From Dehalococcoidia bacterium (GTDB lineage: Bacteria; Chloroflexota; Dehalococcoidia; Lucifugimonadales; Australimonadaceae): a stretch of DNA of 64,000 bases. Both the position numbers and the translations under genes were made by a program. The notes under the pieces were generated by a model. The model searched no databases and was not told the DNA's origin. It was given only the letters and a program-made list of their open reading frames with translations. Location: NCBI GenBank assembly GCA_034428575.1, contig DAOUHP010000079.1, positions 1,163-65,162 on the forward strand. The letters run 5' to 3'. Shown here piece by piece: positions 36,810 to 44,733 of the stretch (position 1 is its first letter; each line of letters opens with the position of its first letter).

Positions 36810-37736
36810 CTAAGGGCGCATGGGGGGTGGCGCGGACACGCCCGATGCAACAGCTGCACCGGCCTTTGCGAACGCCTCTTCGAGGTCGGCGGGCAATCCC
36901 ATGTCGACCCACGTCTCGTGGCCACCCAAACCATGCTCCACGTTCCATACCATCGCGTCAAACATCTTGCCCGTGACGCCGCTGCCATCCTGCGCAGCCA
37001 GGAACATCACCAAGGGCACCATGTGTCCCGGAACCACGGGACGCAACCCCGGCGGCATGCCCCGGGCAACCCTTGCCCGGACGGCATCGTCGAACCACGA
37101 CGCCCTGGTATGACCGGGGAAGACGACGTTGACGGCGATATTGTGTTGCTTGACCTCGTCGGCCATGTAGAAGCTCATGTTCGCCAGCGCAGCCTTCGTT
37201 GCCATATACGGCATCTCTTTGGTCCATGGTCGAAGCGCCTGGTATCCGCCGCCGTGGGAGAAGGCCAGTATCCCGCTGCTGACGACGTTGATCACGCTCC
37301 CTCGCTGGTTCTCGAGCATCGGTTGGCAGAAGGCGCGCATCACCCGAAGAGGCCCAACGACGTTCACGTCGAGCATCCTCGTCCAGTTCTCAGGTTTCGT
37401 CTCCAACGTTGTGGGGCGTCCAGCGGGCGGGAACATGATCATGTTCAACAGAGCGGCGTTATTGATGACCACGTCCACCGTGCCGAACTTCGCCATCGTC
37501 GCTTCGTAGGCCTCCGCGACCTGCTCGTCGTCCGTAACATCCATCTCGAGGGCGAGCCCATTCCCACCGGCTTCGATCCTCTCGCGAAGGTCCCCGGTCT
37601 TGTCCCAAGACATATCGGTAGCAACAACCCGCGCGCCGACCGAAGCGAACCCTTCCGCGTAGGCCCTGCCCATGCTGCGGGCCGCTCCTGTAATCACGAC
37701 TACCTTGTCTCGCAGATCCGTTTGTTCCATCGCCAC
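36810..37736 (-). CDS. Short-chain dehydrogenase/reductase (SDR)
   Basis: VVITGAARSMGRAY nucleotide-binding motif, NNAA, and catalytic YMATKAA (YxxxK). The GTG at 37736 follows AAGGAG with a 5-nt spacer. The ATG at 37730 is the alternative start. Confidence 0.8.
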   Translation of the reverse strand: MAMEQTDLRDKVVVITGAARSMGRAYAEGFASVGARVVATDMSWDKTGDLRERIEAGGNGLALEMDVTDDEQVAEAYEATMAKFGTVDVVINNAALLNMIMFPPAGRPTTLETKPENWTRMLDVNVVGPLRVMRAFCQPMLENQRGSVINVVSSGILAFSHGGGYQALRPWTKEMPYMATKAALANMSFYMADEVKQHNIAVNVVFPGHTRASWFDDAVRARVARGMPPGLRPVVPGHMVPLVMFLAAQDGSGVTGKMFDAMVWNVEHGLGGHETWVDMGLPADLEEAFAKAGAAVASGVSAPPPMRP

Positions 37737-37995
37737 GATGACTCCTTCCTCCAGTTCCACTGTGTCCGAACGATGCTTCCACGGGGACTTTAAGGGGCAG
37801 AGACGCGGCAGGGTCCAGCAAAACCGACACGGTGATCGCACAGAATCTTAAGGAACAGATTATCCAGAGGTCAATGTCATGCTATCAGTCACCCACGCAC
37901 CGGCAAGGCCGCCGGACCCTCGCCGTCGCGCTGCCGAATATCCCTGCTGACTCTATCCGAATAGCCAGGTCTGCGAGCGCAGCCATCTCCCAGCC

Positions 37996-38025
37996 TTCAT
38001 AGTGATGCTGCGCCGGTGCTAGAAT
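37996..38025 (+). promoter_or_regulatory. Candidate promoter with extended -10 for the Rieske ferredoxin gene
   Basis: TTCATA-N18-(TGc)TAGAAT, about 48 nt upstream of the GTG at 38074. Confidence 0.4.
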
Positions 38026-38073
38026 CGGTCGCTACGACACGATGGTCGCATCACCTCGCTCAAGGAGCTTCGA

Positions 38074-38403
38074 GTGGCGCTCACTGGATGGGTGGCAGTC
38101 GCCAAGGTTGGGGACCTGGCCGACAACGACATGATGATGGTCACGGCGGGCCCGGAGGAGATCCTGCTCGCCCTCGTGGATGGCAACTACTACGCCATCG
38201 ATAACTGGTGCACCCACGCCGGGGGAATGCTCGACCAGGGAGTCCTCCATACGGAGACGCTAGAGGTCGAATGCCCGATCCATGAGGGGTACTTCCATCT
38301 CGTCACTGGCGCGGCCCGCCTCCCGCCCGCCGAAGAAGACACCATCGCGTACGCGGTTAAGGTGGAGGGCGACGATATCCTCATCGGCCCTCAGGGGAGC
38401 TAG
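38074..38403 (+). CDS. Rieske-type [2Fe-2S] ferredoxin (oxygenase electron-transfer component)
   Basis: 109 aa with CTHAGG...CPIHEG (CxH...CxxH) and no catalytic domain. AAGGAG lies 6 nt before the GTG. Confidence 0.85.
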   Translation: MALTGWVAVAKVGDLADNDMMMVTAGPEEILLALVDGNYYAIDNWCTHAGGMLDQGVLHTETLEVECPIHEGYFHLVTGAARLPPAEEDTIAYAVKVEGDDILIGPQGS

Positions 38404-38429
38404 CTCAGCGTACCGTCTTCGGCAGCCTT

Positions 38430-39422
38430 CTAGTGGCTGTGGAGCGGAAGATTGTCATGCTCGTGGCCAGGCGTTCGGTGGTAGAAGATGCCTGCCTTGC
38501 CGAGGGGATCTACGTGGACGATAGCCTCGCCCACATAGGGGATAGCATGACTGAGCGCGTGTGAGACGCGTGATCCCAGTTCATGGGCTTCATCGAGCGA
38601 GGGATCGCCCGCCACGGTTATATGCACCTCGGCGTGCAGACGATGACCTATCCATCGCGCTCTCGTGTAAGTGACGTTCCACACTCCGTCGACATGACTG
38701 GCTTGGTGCACGAGTTCATCAAGGACCACTGGGTCGACACCGTCCAGGATGCGTCCGAAGACAGACCTCCCCGAGTCATACACGATCTTCGCTATGACTG
38801 CGGAGATGATCAGCCCGGCGATCGGGTCGGCTATGGGGAAGCCTGCCCAGATGGCGATGGCGCCTCCGAACACCGCGAGACTTGTGAAACCATCGACTCT
38901 CGCGTGGTAGCCATCCGCCACGAGCGCTGCGCTGTTAATCTCACGGCCCACGCGGATGCGGAAGAGCGCTACGGCTTCGTTGCCGATGAAGCCGATGGCG
39001 CCGGCAGCCGCAACGACCAGAACAAACTGGACTTCGCGCGGGTCTATCAGCCTGACGACCGACTGGTAAGCAGCCGTTACGGCGCTGACAAGGATCACCA
39101 GAACGATGACCACACCCGCCAGATCCTCGACGCGACCGAATCCATAGGTGAACCTCGAGCTCGGACGGCGGCGGGCGAACAAGAATGCGATCCACAGCGG
39201 TACAGCGGTTAGGGCGTCGCCTATGTTGTGGACGGTATCCGCCAGCAATGCCACACTGCCGGAAAGCACCACGATGGCCATCTGGAACACGGCGGTGGCC
39301 GCCAGCCCCACGAAGGACCACTTGATTGCCCAAATGCCGCGGCTCGTCGTGACGATCGATGGGTCGACGACTCCGTGGAGATGCCCGTGCGCTTCGTCTT
39401 CGTCGTGATGACGGTGGTGCAT
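38430..39422 (-). CDS. Cation diffusion facilitator (CDF) metal efflux transporter
   Basis: His-rich N-terminus MHHRHHDEDEAHGHLHG, the TM2 motif LLADTVHNIGDALT, six hydrophobic segments and a C-terminal cytoplasmic domain. Confidence 0.8.
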   Translation of the reverse strand: MHHRHHDEDEAHGHLHGVVDPSIVTTSRGIWAIKWSFVGLAATAVFQMAIVVLSGSVALLADTVHNIGDALTAVPLWIAFLFARRRPSSRFTYGFGRVEDLAGVVIVLVILVSAVTAAYQSVVRLIDPREVQFVLVVAAAGAIGFIGNEAVALFRIRVGREINSAALVADGYHARVDGFTSLAVFGGAIAIWAGFPIADPIAGLIISAVIAKIVYDSGRSVFGRILDGVDPVVLDELVHQASHVDGVWNVTYTRARWIGHRLHAEVHITVAGDPSLDEAHELGSRVSHALSHAIPYVGEAIVHVDPLGKAGIFYHRTPGHEHDNLPLHSH

Positions 39423-39508
39423 GGCGCACGCACTATAGCGGCAACAAACGGCCTTGGCCAGTGTTTCCCAGGACTCACAGTGACCCGGGTGTCATCGGAC
39501 CACTATGC

Positions 39509-39537
39509 TTGACAGGCGGCAGACTTGCTAGGAGTAT
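39509..39537 (+). promoter_or_regulatory. Weak candidate promoter for the extradiol dioxygenase gene
   Basis: TTGACA-N17-GAGTAT, about 50 nt upstream of the ATG at 39590. The -10 box matches consensus at only 3 of 6 positions. Confidence 0.3.
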
Positions 39538-39589
39538 CACAACAATTCCGAAGGGCGAGTATGACACCATCACGACACAGGAGGATGGC

Positions 39590-40477
39590 ATGGGAATCTC
39601 AGGGCTGGGCTACATTGGCATCGGCGTCTCCGACATAGCCCATTGGCGCAGCTTCGCGACGACCGGGGTACTCGGCCTGCAGGAGAGCGAAGAGGGCCCT
39701 GACGGGACCGTTTACCTCCGGATGGACGAGCACCACCATCGGCTCGTCCTCACCCCGACCGGTGAGGACGATGTCGTGTTCGTTGGCTGGGAGGTACCCA
39801 CCGACGAGGCCTTGGACGAGATGGCCGAGAATCTCACCAGGCACGGCATCCCGTTCGAGGAGGCCACGCCCGAGGAGTTGGAACACCGGAAGGTGGTCCG
39901 CATGATTAAGCTGAGGGAGTCCGGAGGAGCTCCGATGGAGATCTTCCACGGGCCTCTGGTGCTGTGGGAGCGTCCGTTCCACCCGACGACGCCCATCAGC
40001 GGCTTCAATACTGGCTCGTTGGGCTTGGGTCACATGATCCTCTTCCAGAAGGACCTACAGGAAGCTAAAGATTTCTACCATGAGGTGCTTGGGTTCAAGG
40101 TCAGTGACTATATCTCGGTCCCCGTGCTGGGGGAGGCTATCTTCTTCCACTGCAACCCCCGTCACCACTCGATCGCCATCGTGCAGGCCAATGCCCCCAA
40201 GCACCTGCAGCACATCATGCTCGAGGTCAAGAACCTCGATGACGTCGGACTTGCCTACTATCGTTGCAAGGATTTCGGGACTCCATTGTCCCTGGACATG
40301 GGTCGCCACACGAACGACCACATGTTCTCGTTCTACATGGTCAGCCCTTCCGGGTTTGAGATTGAATACGGCTGGGGCGCCCGGGTGATAGACGACTCCA
40401 CGTGGGTCGTGCAACGGCATGTATCGCCAGCAATCTGGGGTCACAAGCCTGTGCCAAGAGAGGTGCCTGCCACCTAG
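39590..40477 (+). CDS. Type I (VOC-fold) extradiol dioxygenase, BphC/catechol 2,3-dioxygenase-like
   Basis: 295 aa. GLGYIGIGVSD, LGLGHMILF, LQHIMLEV and GRHTNDHMFSFYMVSPSGFEIEYG carry the His/His/Glu pattern in the expected order. AGGAGG lies 5 nt before the ATG. Confidence 0.8.
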   Translation: MGISGLGYIGIGVSDIAHWRSFATTGVLGLQESEEGPDGTVYLRMDEHHHRLVLTPTGEDDVVFVGWEVPTDEALDEMAENLTRHGIPFEEATPEELEHRKVVRMIKLRESGGAPMEIFHGPLVLWERPFHPTTPISGFNTGSLGLGHMILFQKDLQEAKDFYHEVLGFKVSDYISVPVLGEAIFFHCNPRHHSIAIVQANAPKHLQHIMLEVKNLDDVGLAYYRCKDFGTPLSLDMGRHTNDHMFSFYMVSPSGFEIEYGWGARVIDDSTWVVQRHVSPAIWGHKPVPREVPAT

Positions 40478-40617
40478 TCCCGGGAGGCGGGGCGGGCCCT
40501 CGGTTCAAGAACGCATTCAGGCCAGCGAGTCAAGCAATGAGTGCGTATCTAGGTGTCCTGCCGCGCAGATAACGGTGCCCCGGCGCCGTTGCGTCGGATG
40601 GAACCGGCGCCCGTACT

Positions 40618-40646
40618 TTGACAGGTTCCTCCTGCGGAAATAGACT
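40618..40646 (+). promoter_or_regulatory. Sigma-70-like promoter for the tandem Rieske oxygenase/ABC operon
   Basis: TTGACA-N17-TAGACT, about 65 nt upstream of the ATG at 40711. The -35 box coincides with the TTG that opens the track ORF, which argues against that start. Confidence 0.5.
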
Positions 40647-40710
40647 CCGCCAAACGTCTGGCAAGCAGGCTTGTGGCGGCGATTATCGTCGCAAACGTTC
40701 GGGTGAGGAG

Positions 40711-42039
40711 ATGTTGACGGCAGAAGAGTTGAAGCTGATGGAGGGGCCCGGCTCGCCCTTGTCCAAAGAGGCGAACGATCTGATATGCCGAACGGGTCCC
40801 GGCACGGCGATGGGTGAGGTGGTCCGCCGGTACTGGGTGCCGGCGTTGCTGTCATGGGAGCTGCCGGAGCCGGACTGCGCGCCTGTGCAAGTGCGGTTGC
40901 TGGGCGAGGACCTCGTGGCGTTCCGGGACACGAAGGGCCGCGTCGGGATCGTGCAGTGGTGGTGTCCGCATCGCGGGACGCCATTGTGGATGGGGCGGAA
41001 TGAGGAGGAAGGGTTACGTTGTCTGTACCACGGATGGAAGTTCGACGTGTCGGGGCAGTGCGTGGACCAGATGAACGAGCCGAAGGGGGCCCAGTACGGA
41101 GACAAAGTGAGGTTGGTGTCGTACCCGACTCTGGAGATGGGCGACATCATCTGGACCTACATGGGGCCGCCGGAGAAGCGTCCTCCGGAGCCGAAGTTCG
41201 AGTTCACGCAGGTGCCGGAGTCCCACCGGCACGTCTCGAAAGTGATCCAGGAGTGCAACTGGGTGCAGGCGCTCGAGGGCGGCATAGACCCGGCGCACGC
41301 CTACGTCCTCCATATGGCGCTGACCGACGACGCCCCGGGCACTGCGGGCCTGAAGCCCAGCAACACCTTCGCAGCCCCTGATCACTACCGGATGTACGTG
41401 GACTATACGGACTACGGTCACCAATTCTGGGCGGTCGGCGCCGCTGACGGCAAGAACTACGTCCACGGCCATCACTTCGTCATGCCATGGACGCAACTCC
41501 GGTTGCACACGTGGATCATGCACATCGTTCCCGGCCATTTCTATGTGCCTATCGACGATGAGCACTGCATGGTGTGGAACTGGGTCTACAGCTTTACGGA
41601 CGAGCCCCTTCCGGAGAGCACACGTGAGTTCGAGGACTGGCGCAGCGGCAATGGCCCCGGCCACGTGGATCAGACCACCTTCAGGTCGATCCCGAACAAG
41701 AGCAACAACTGGGGACTGGACCGCGAGGCCCAACGCACCGTCTCCTTCTCCGGCATCGAGGGCGTCAACGTCCAGGACAGGGCTGTCCAGGAAGGGCCCG
41801 GCCCGATCATCGACCGCAGCCGTGAGAACCTCGGCGCGTCGGACATGCCGGTCATCGGCGTCCGCAAGAGGTTGATGGAGGCCGTGCGCACCGTCGACGA
41901 CAACGGAGATCCCACTGGCACCGGGCCCAGCTACTACGGCCTGCGCGCCATCGGCCGTGTCTATGACCAGCAGTTGGACTGGCGCAAAGCCTCACTGGAG
42001 GAGATGCATCCGGAGACATTCGCTGGCTCCTTGAAGTGA
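40711..42039 (+). CDS. Rieske non-haem iron oxygenase, phthalate-dioxygenase-like family (tandem copy A)
   Basis: LICRTGPGTAMGEVVRRYWVP, CPHRGTPL...CLYHGWKF and ECNWVQALEGGIDPAHAYVLH. Confidence 0.85.
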   Translation: MLTAEELKLMEGPGSPLSKEANDLICRTGPGTAMGEVVRRYWVPALLSWELPEPDCAPVQVRLLGEDLVAFRDTKGRVGIVQWWCPHRGTPLWMGRNEEEGLRCLYHGWKFDVSGQCVDQMNEPKGAQYGDKVRLVSYPTLEMGDIIWTYMGPPEKRPPEPKFEFTQVPESHRHVSKVIQECNWVQALEGGIDPAHAYVLHMALTDDAPGTAGLKPSNTFAAPDHYRMYVDYTDYGHQFWAVGAADGKNYVHGHHFVMPWTQLRLHTWIMHIVPGHFYVPIDDEHCMVWNWVYSFTDEPLPESTREFEDWRSGNGPGHVDQTTFRSIPNKSNNWGLDREAQRTVSFSGIEGVNVQDRAVQEGPGPIIDRSRENLGASDMPVIGVRKRLMEAVRTVDDNGDPTGTGPSYYGLRAIGRVYDQQLDWRKASLEEMHPETFAGSLK

Positions 42040-42693
42040 GGGGGCTGGGCGTTCGCTATCAACGAGACCCGATGCCCGAGCTGATACCGGAGGTTGAGAC
42101 ATGATGTTGACTGCAGAAGAGCTGAAGCTGATGCAAGGGCCTGGCTCGCCTTTGTCAAAGGAGGCGAATGATCTGATCTGCAGAACTGGCCCGGGAACGG
42201 TGATGGGTGAGGTCGTCCGCCGGTACTGGGTGCCGGCGTTGCTGTCGTGGGAATTGCCGGAGCCGGACTGCCCGCCGGTGCAGGTGCGCCTGCTGGGCGA
42301 GGACCTCGTGGCGTTCCGGGACACGAAGGGCCGCGTCGGGATCGTGCAGTGGTGGTGTCCGCATCGCGGGACGCCATTGTGGATGGGGCGGAATGAGGAG
42401 GAAGGGTTACGTTGTCTGTACCATGGGTGGAAGTTCGACGTGTCGGGACAGTGCGTGGACCAGATGAACGAGCCGAAGGGGGCCCAGTACGGAGACAAAG
42501 TGAGGTTGGTGTCGTACCCGACCCTGGAGATGGGCGACATCATCTGGGCATACATGGGGCCGCCGGAGAAGCGTCCACCGGAACCGAAGTTCGAGTTCAC
42601 CCAGGTGCCGGAGTCGCACCGGCAGGTCTCGAAGGTGATTCAGGAGTGCAACTGGGTGCAGGCGGTCGAGGGCGGCATAGACCCGGCACACGC
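40711..42693 (+). repeat. Tandem direct duplication, period 1393 bp (5' ~590 nt of the two Rieske oxygenase genes)
   Basis: 40711-41300 aligns with 42104-42693. Positions 40898-41038 and 42291-42431 are identical over 141 nt. Identical antisense ORF N-termini in the track (MASRDADTTTARSRRGPSCPGTPRGPRPA) also reveal the duplication. Confidence 0.9.
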
Positions 42694-43426
42694 GCGGGCA
42701 TTGCACGGCGCAATCAAGGACGACGAGGACGACGGCTGGGGACTGCCGCCCAGCTCGCCCTTCATGCTCGCTTCTGCCGGCCGGTACTACGTCGAGCACA
42801 CGGACTACGGCCACCGCTTCTGGGAGGTCGCCAGGATGCAGAACGGCGACAACCACGTGATGGCGCACCATTTCGTGATGCCGTGGACACAGATACGGGC
42901 TCACACGGTCAGGGGAAACCTCGTTCCCGGTCACTTCTACGTGCCCATCGACGATGAGAACTGCATGGTGTGGAATTGGGTCTACAGTTTCACGGACGAG
43001 CCATTGTCCGAATGGACGCTCTGGTACGAGGACAACGCCAGCGGGAATGGCCCTGCCCACGTCGACCAGACTACATTCCGATCGTACCCGAACAGGGACA
43101 ACAACTGGGGGCTCGACCGTGAGGCCCAGCGCACCGTCTCTTTCTCCGGAGTGAAGGGCATCAATGTCCAGGACAGGCTGGTCCAGGAAGCGGTGGGCCC
43201 CATCGTGGACCGGAGCCGCGAGAACCTCGGTCAATCGGACCTGCCGATCATCGGAGTCCGCAAGAAGCTGATGGAGGGGGTCGCGCTGGTTTCTGACGAG
43301 GCGGACCCTGCCGGGCTTGGCAGCAGCTATTACGAGTTGCGGGCCTTCGAAAAGGTGTACCCTGCGGATACCGACTGGAAGGCCGAGACACTGAAGATGA
43401 TGCATCCACAGACCATCGGGAGCTGA
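42101..43426 (+). CDS. Rieske non-haem iron oxygenase, phthalate-dioxygenase-like family (tandem copy B)
   Basis: The N-terminal ~195 aa are nearly identical to copy A and the C-terminal catalytic domain has diverged. GGAGG lies 7 nt before the ATG at 42101. Confidence 0.85.
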   Translation: MMLTAEELKLMQGPGSPLSKEANDLICRTGPGTVMGEVVRRYWVPALLSWELPEPDCPPVQVRLLGEDLVAFRDTKGRVGIVQWWCPHRGTPLWMGRNEEEGLRCLYHGWKFDVSGQCVDQMNEPKGAQYGDKVRLVSYPTLEMGDIIWAYMGPPEKRPPEPKFEFTQVPESHRQVSKVIQECNWVQAVEGGIDPAHARALHGAIKDDEDDGWGLPPSSPFMLASAGRYYVEHTDYGHRFWEVARMQNGDNHVMAHHFVMPWTQIRAHTVRGNLVPGHFYVPIDDENCMVWNWVYSFTDEPLSEWTLWYEDNASGNGPAHVDQTTFRSYPNRDNNWGLDREAQRTVSFSGVKGINVQDRLVQEAVGPIVDRSRENLGQSDLPIIGVRKKLMEGVALVSDEADPAGLGSSYYELRAFEKVYPADTDWKAETLKMMHPQTIGS

Positions 43427-43477
43427 GGTGTCCAGGGACGCCGACACGAACCAACCGGCAAGGGAGGACCAGGAAAC

Positions 43478-44644
43478 ATGAGACAGACAGTGAGTCGTTT
43501 AGCAGTGCTACTGGGGACGCTGGTAGCGGTTGCCATGGTGGCCGCCGCCTGTGGCGAGGATCCGACGCCAACGCCGATCCCGACCGCGACGCCTACGCCG
43601 CTATCGGAATACGACGCCACGCTTGCAGCGGCCATGGCGGAAGGTACCGTCAGCATCATCGGACACGAGTCCGAGCTGCGGCGGGCCATCGTGAAGGACG
43701 AATTCGAGAAGCGCTTCCCGGGCATCACCGTCGAGTACCTCGGCCTGCCTGGTGGCGAGGCGGACGCCCGCTGTGAGTCGGAATGGGAAGCGGGTGTCTT
43801 CAACTACGACGTTGTGATGGCACGCTGCGTGAACTTCCTCTTCGAGATTGCCGATGAGGGCGGCCTGCAGCGCATCAGTGACAACATCCTGCTCGAGAAC
43901 CTGCTGGAGGAAGATCTCTGGGTTGGAGGCTTCGAAGAGTCGTTCCTGGACACACAGAACGAATACATCTTCAGCTTCGGCGCCTTCTCGCTCTCGATCA
44001 CGTGGCAGCGGACCGACCTGCTCCCGCAGGACGAGATAACGCAGATCGAGCAGCTCCTCGATCCCAAGTACGCGGGTAGGATCGGCTTCGCAGACCCGAG
44101 AGAGAGCTTCCTGTCCAACTACCAGACCGCGTTCATCTTCGAGAATTCCGGAGAAGCGGGCCTGCGCACTCTGTTCGAGGAGAACGGTTCGCCTATCTAT
44201 GGAACAGGCGACCAGCTCATCGACACGATGGTGCGCACAGACGAACTCTGGATGGCCGTCGGCTTCCCGGACCACCGCCTCAAGTCCTTCCAGGACGCAG
44301 GCCTCGAAGCGGCAAACAACATCGAACCGACCCAGTTCGAGAACGCCTGCTGGATGGGACGGACCAACGGCTTCGTGGCCATACCGACGGACAACCCTCA
44401 CCCGAACGCCACGAAGATCTGGACGAACTGGGTACTGGGTCCGGAAGCGCAAGAGCTCTGGTCGTTCGAGTCCGGGGAGCCCTCGGCGAGGACCGACGTT
44501 CCCGTCGGCACTCCTGGCAGGTGGCCGGACCCCGCGCGTTGTGACTGGAGGAACTTCCAGACCGAGGAGTTCATGGTCAGCGACCGGCTCCTGAACCCCA
44601 CGCGTGACGCAGTGACTCTCATCCTGGACCAACTGGGCAAGTAA
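43478..44644 (+). CDS. ABC transporter substrate-binding lipoprotein
   Basis: MRQTVSRLAVLLGTLVAVAMVAAAC lipoprotein signal followed by a DPTPTPIPTATPTP linker. GGGAGGA SD. Confidence 0.8.
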   Translation: MRQTVSRLAVLLGTLVAVAMVAAACGEDPTPTPIPTATPTPLSEYDATLAAAMAEGTVSIIGHESELRRAIVKDEFEKRFPGITVEYLGLPGGEADARCESEWEAGVFNYDVVMARCVNFLFEIADEGGLQRISDNILLENLLEEDLWVGGFEESFLDTQNEYIFSFGAFSLSITWQRTDLLPQDEITQIEQLLDPKYAGRIGFADPRESFLSNYQTAFIFENSGEAGLRTLFEENGSPIYGTGDQLIDTMVRTDELWMAVGFPDHRLKSFQDAGLEAANNIEPTQFENACWMGRTNGFVAIPTDNPHPNATKIWTNWVLGPEAQELWSFESGEPSARTDVPVGTPGRWPDPARCDWRNFQTEEFMVSDRLLNPTRDAVTLILDQLGK

Positions 44645-44668
44645 GTCCGGCTCGCTTCAGGGAGACAT

Positions 44669-44716
44669 GTCGCCGTCCATAGCTGCGGGCGAAAGCCTGC
44701 AGCTATGGACGGCGAC
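44669..44716 (+). other. Strong intercistronic stem-loop (22-bp stem, GAAA tetraloop) between the binding-protein and ATPase genes
   Basis: gtcgccgtccatagctgcgggc (44669-44690), GAAA loop, then gcctgcagctatggacggcgac (44695-44716). There is one G-U pair and no following T-run. Confidence 0.7.
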
Positions 44717-44733
44717 GACAAAAGGACTACGCC

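Noticed and set aside
38430-39422. CDF exporter as a functional part of the oxygenase system (iron handling)
   Set aside because: This is plausible, since the gene sits among iron enzymes. However, nothing in the sequence supports it beyond proximity. The gene is a separate convergent unit, so I left it as an ordinary metal efflux transporter.
40618-40710. TTG at 40618 as the start of Rieske oxygenase copy A (track ORF start)
   Set aside because: That TTG is part of the predicted -35 box TTGACA. The extra 31 aa are absent from the tandem copy B, whose homology begins exactly at the ATG equivalent to 40711.
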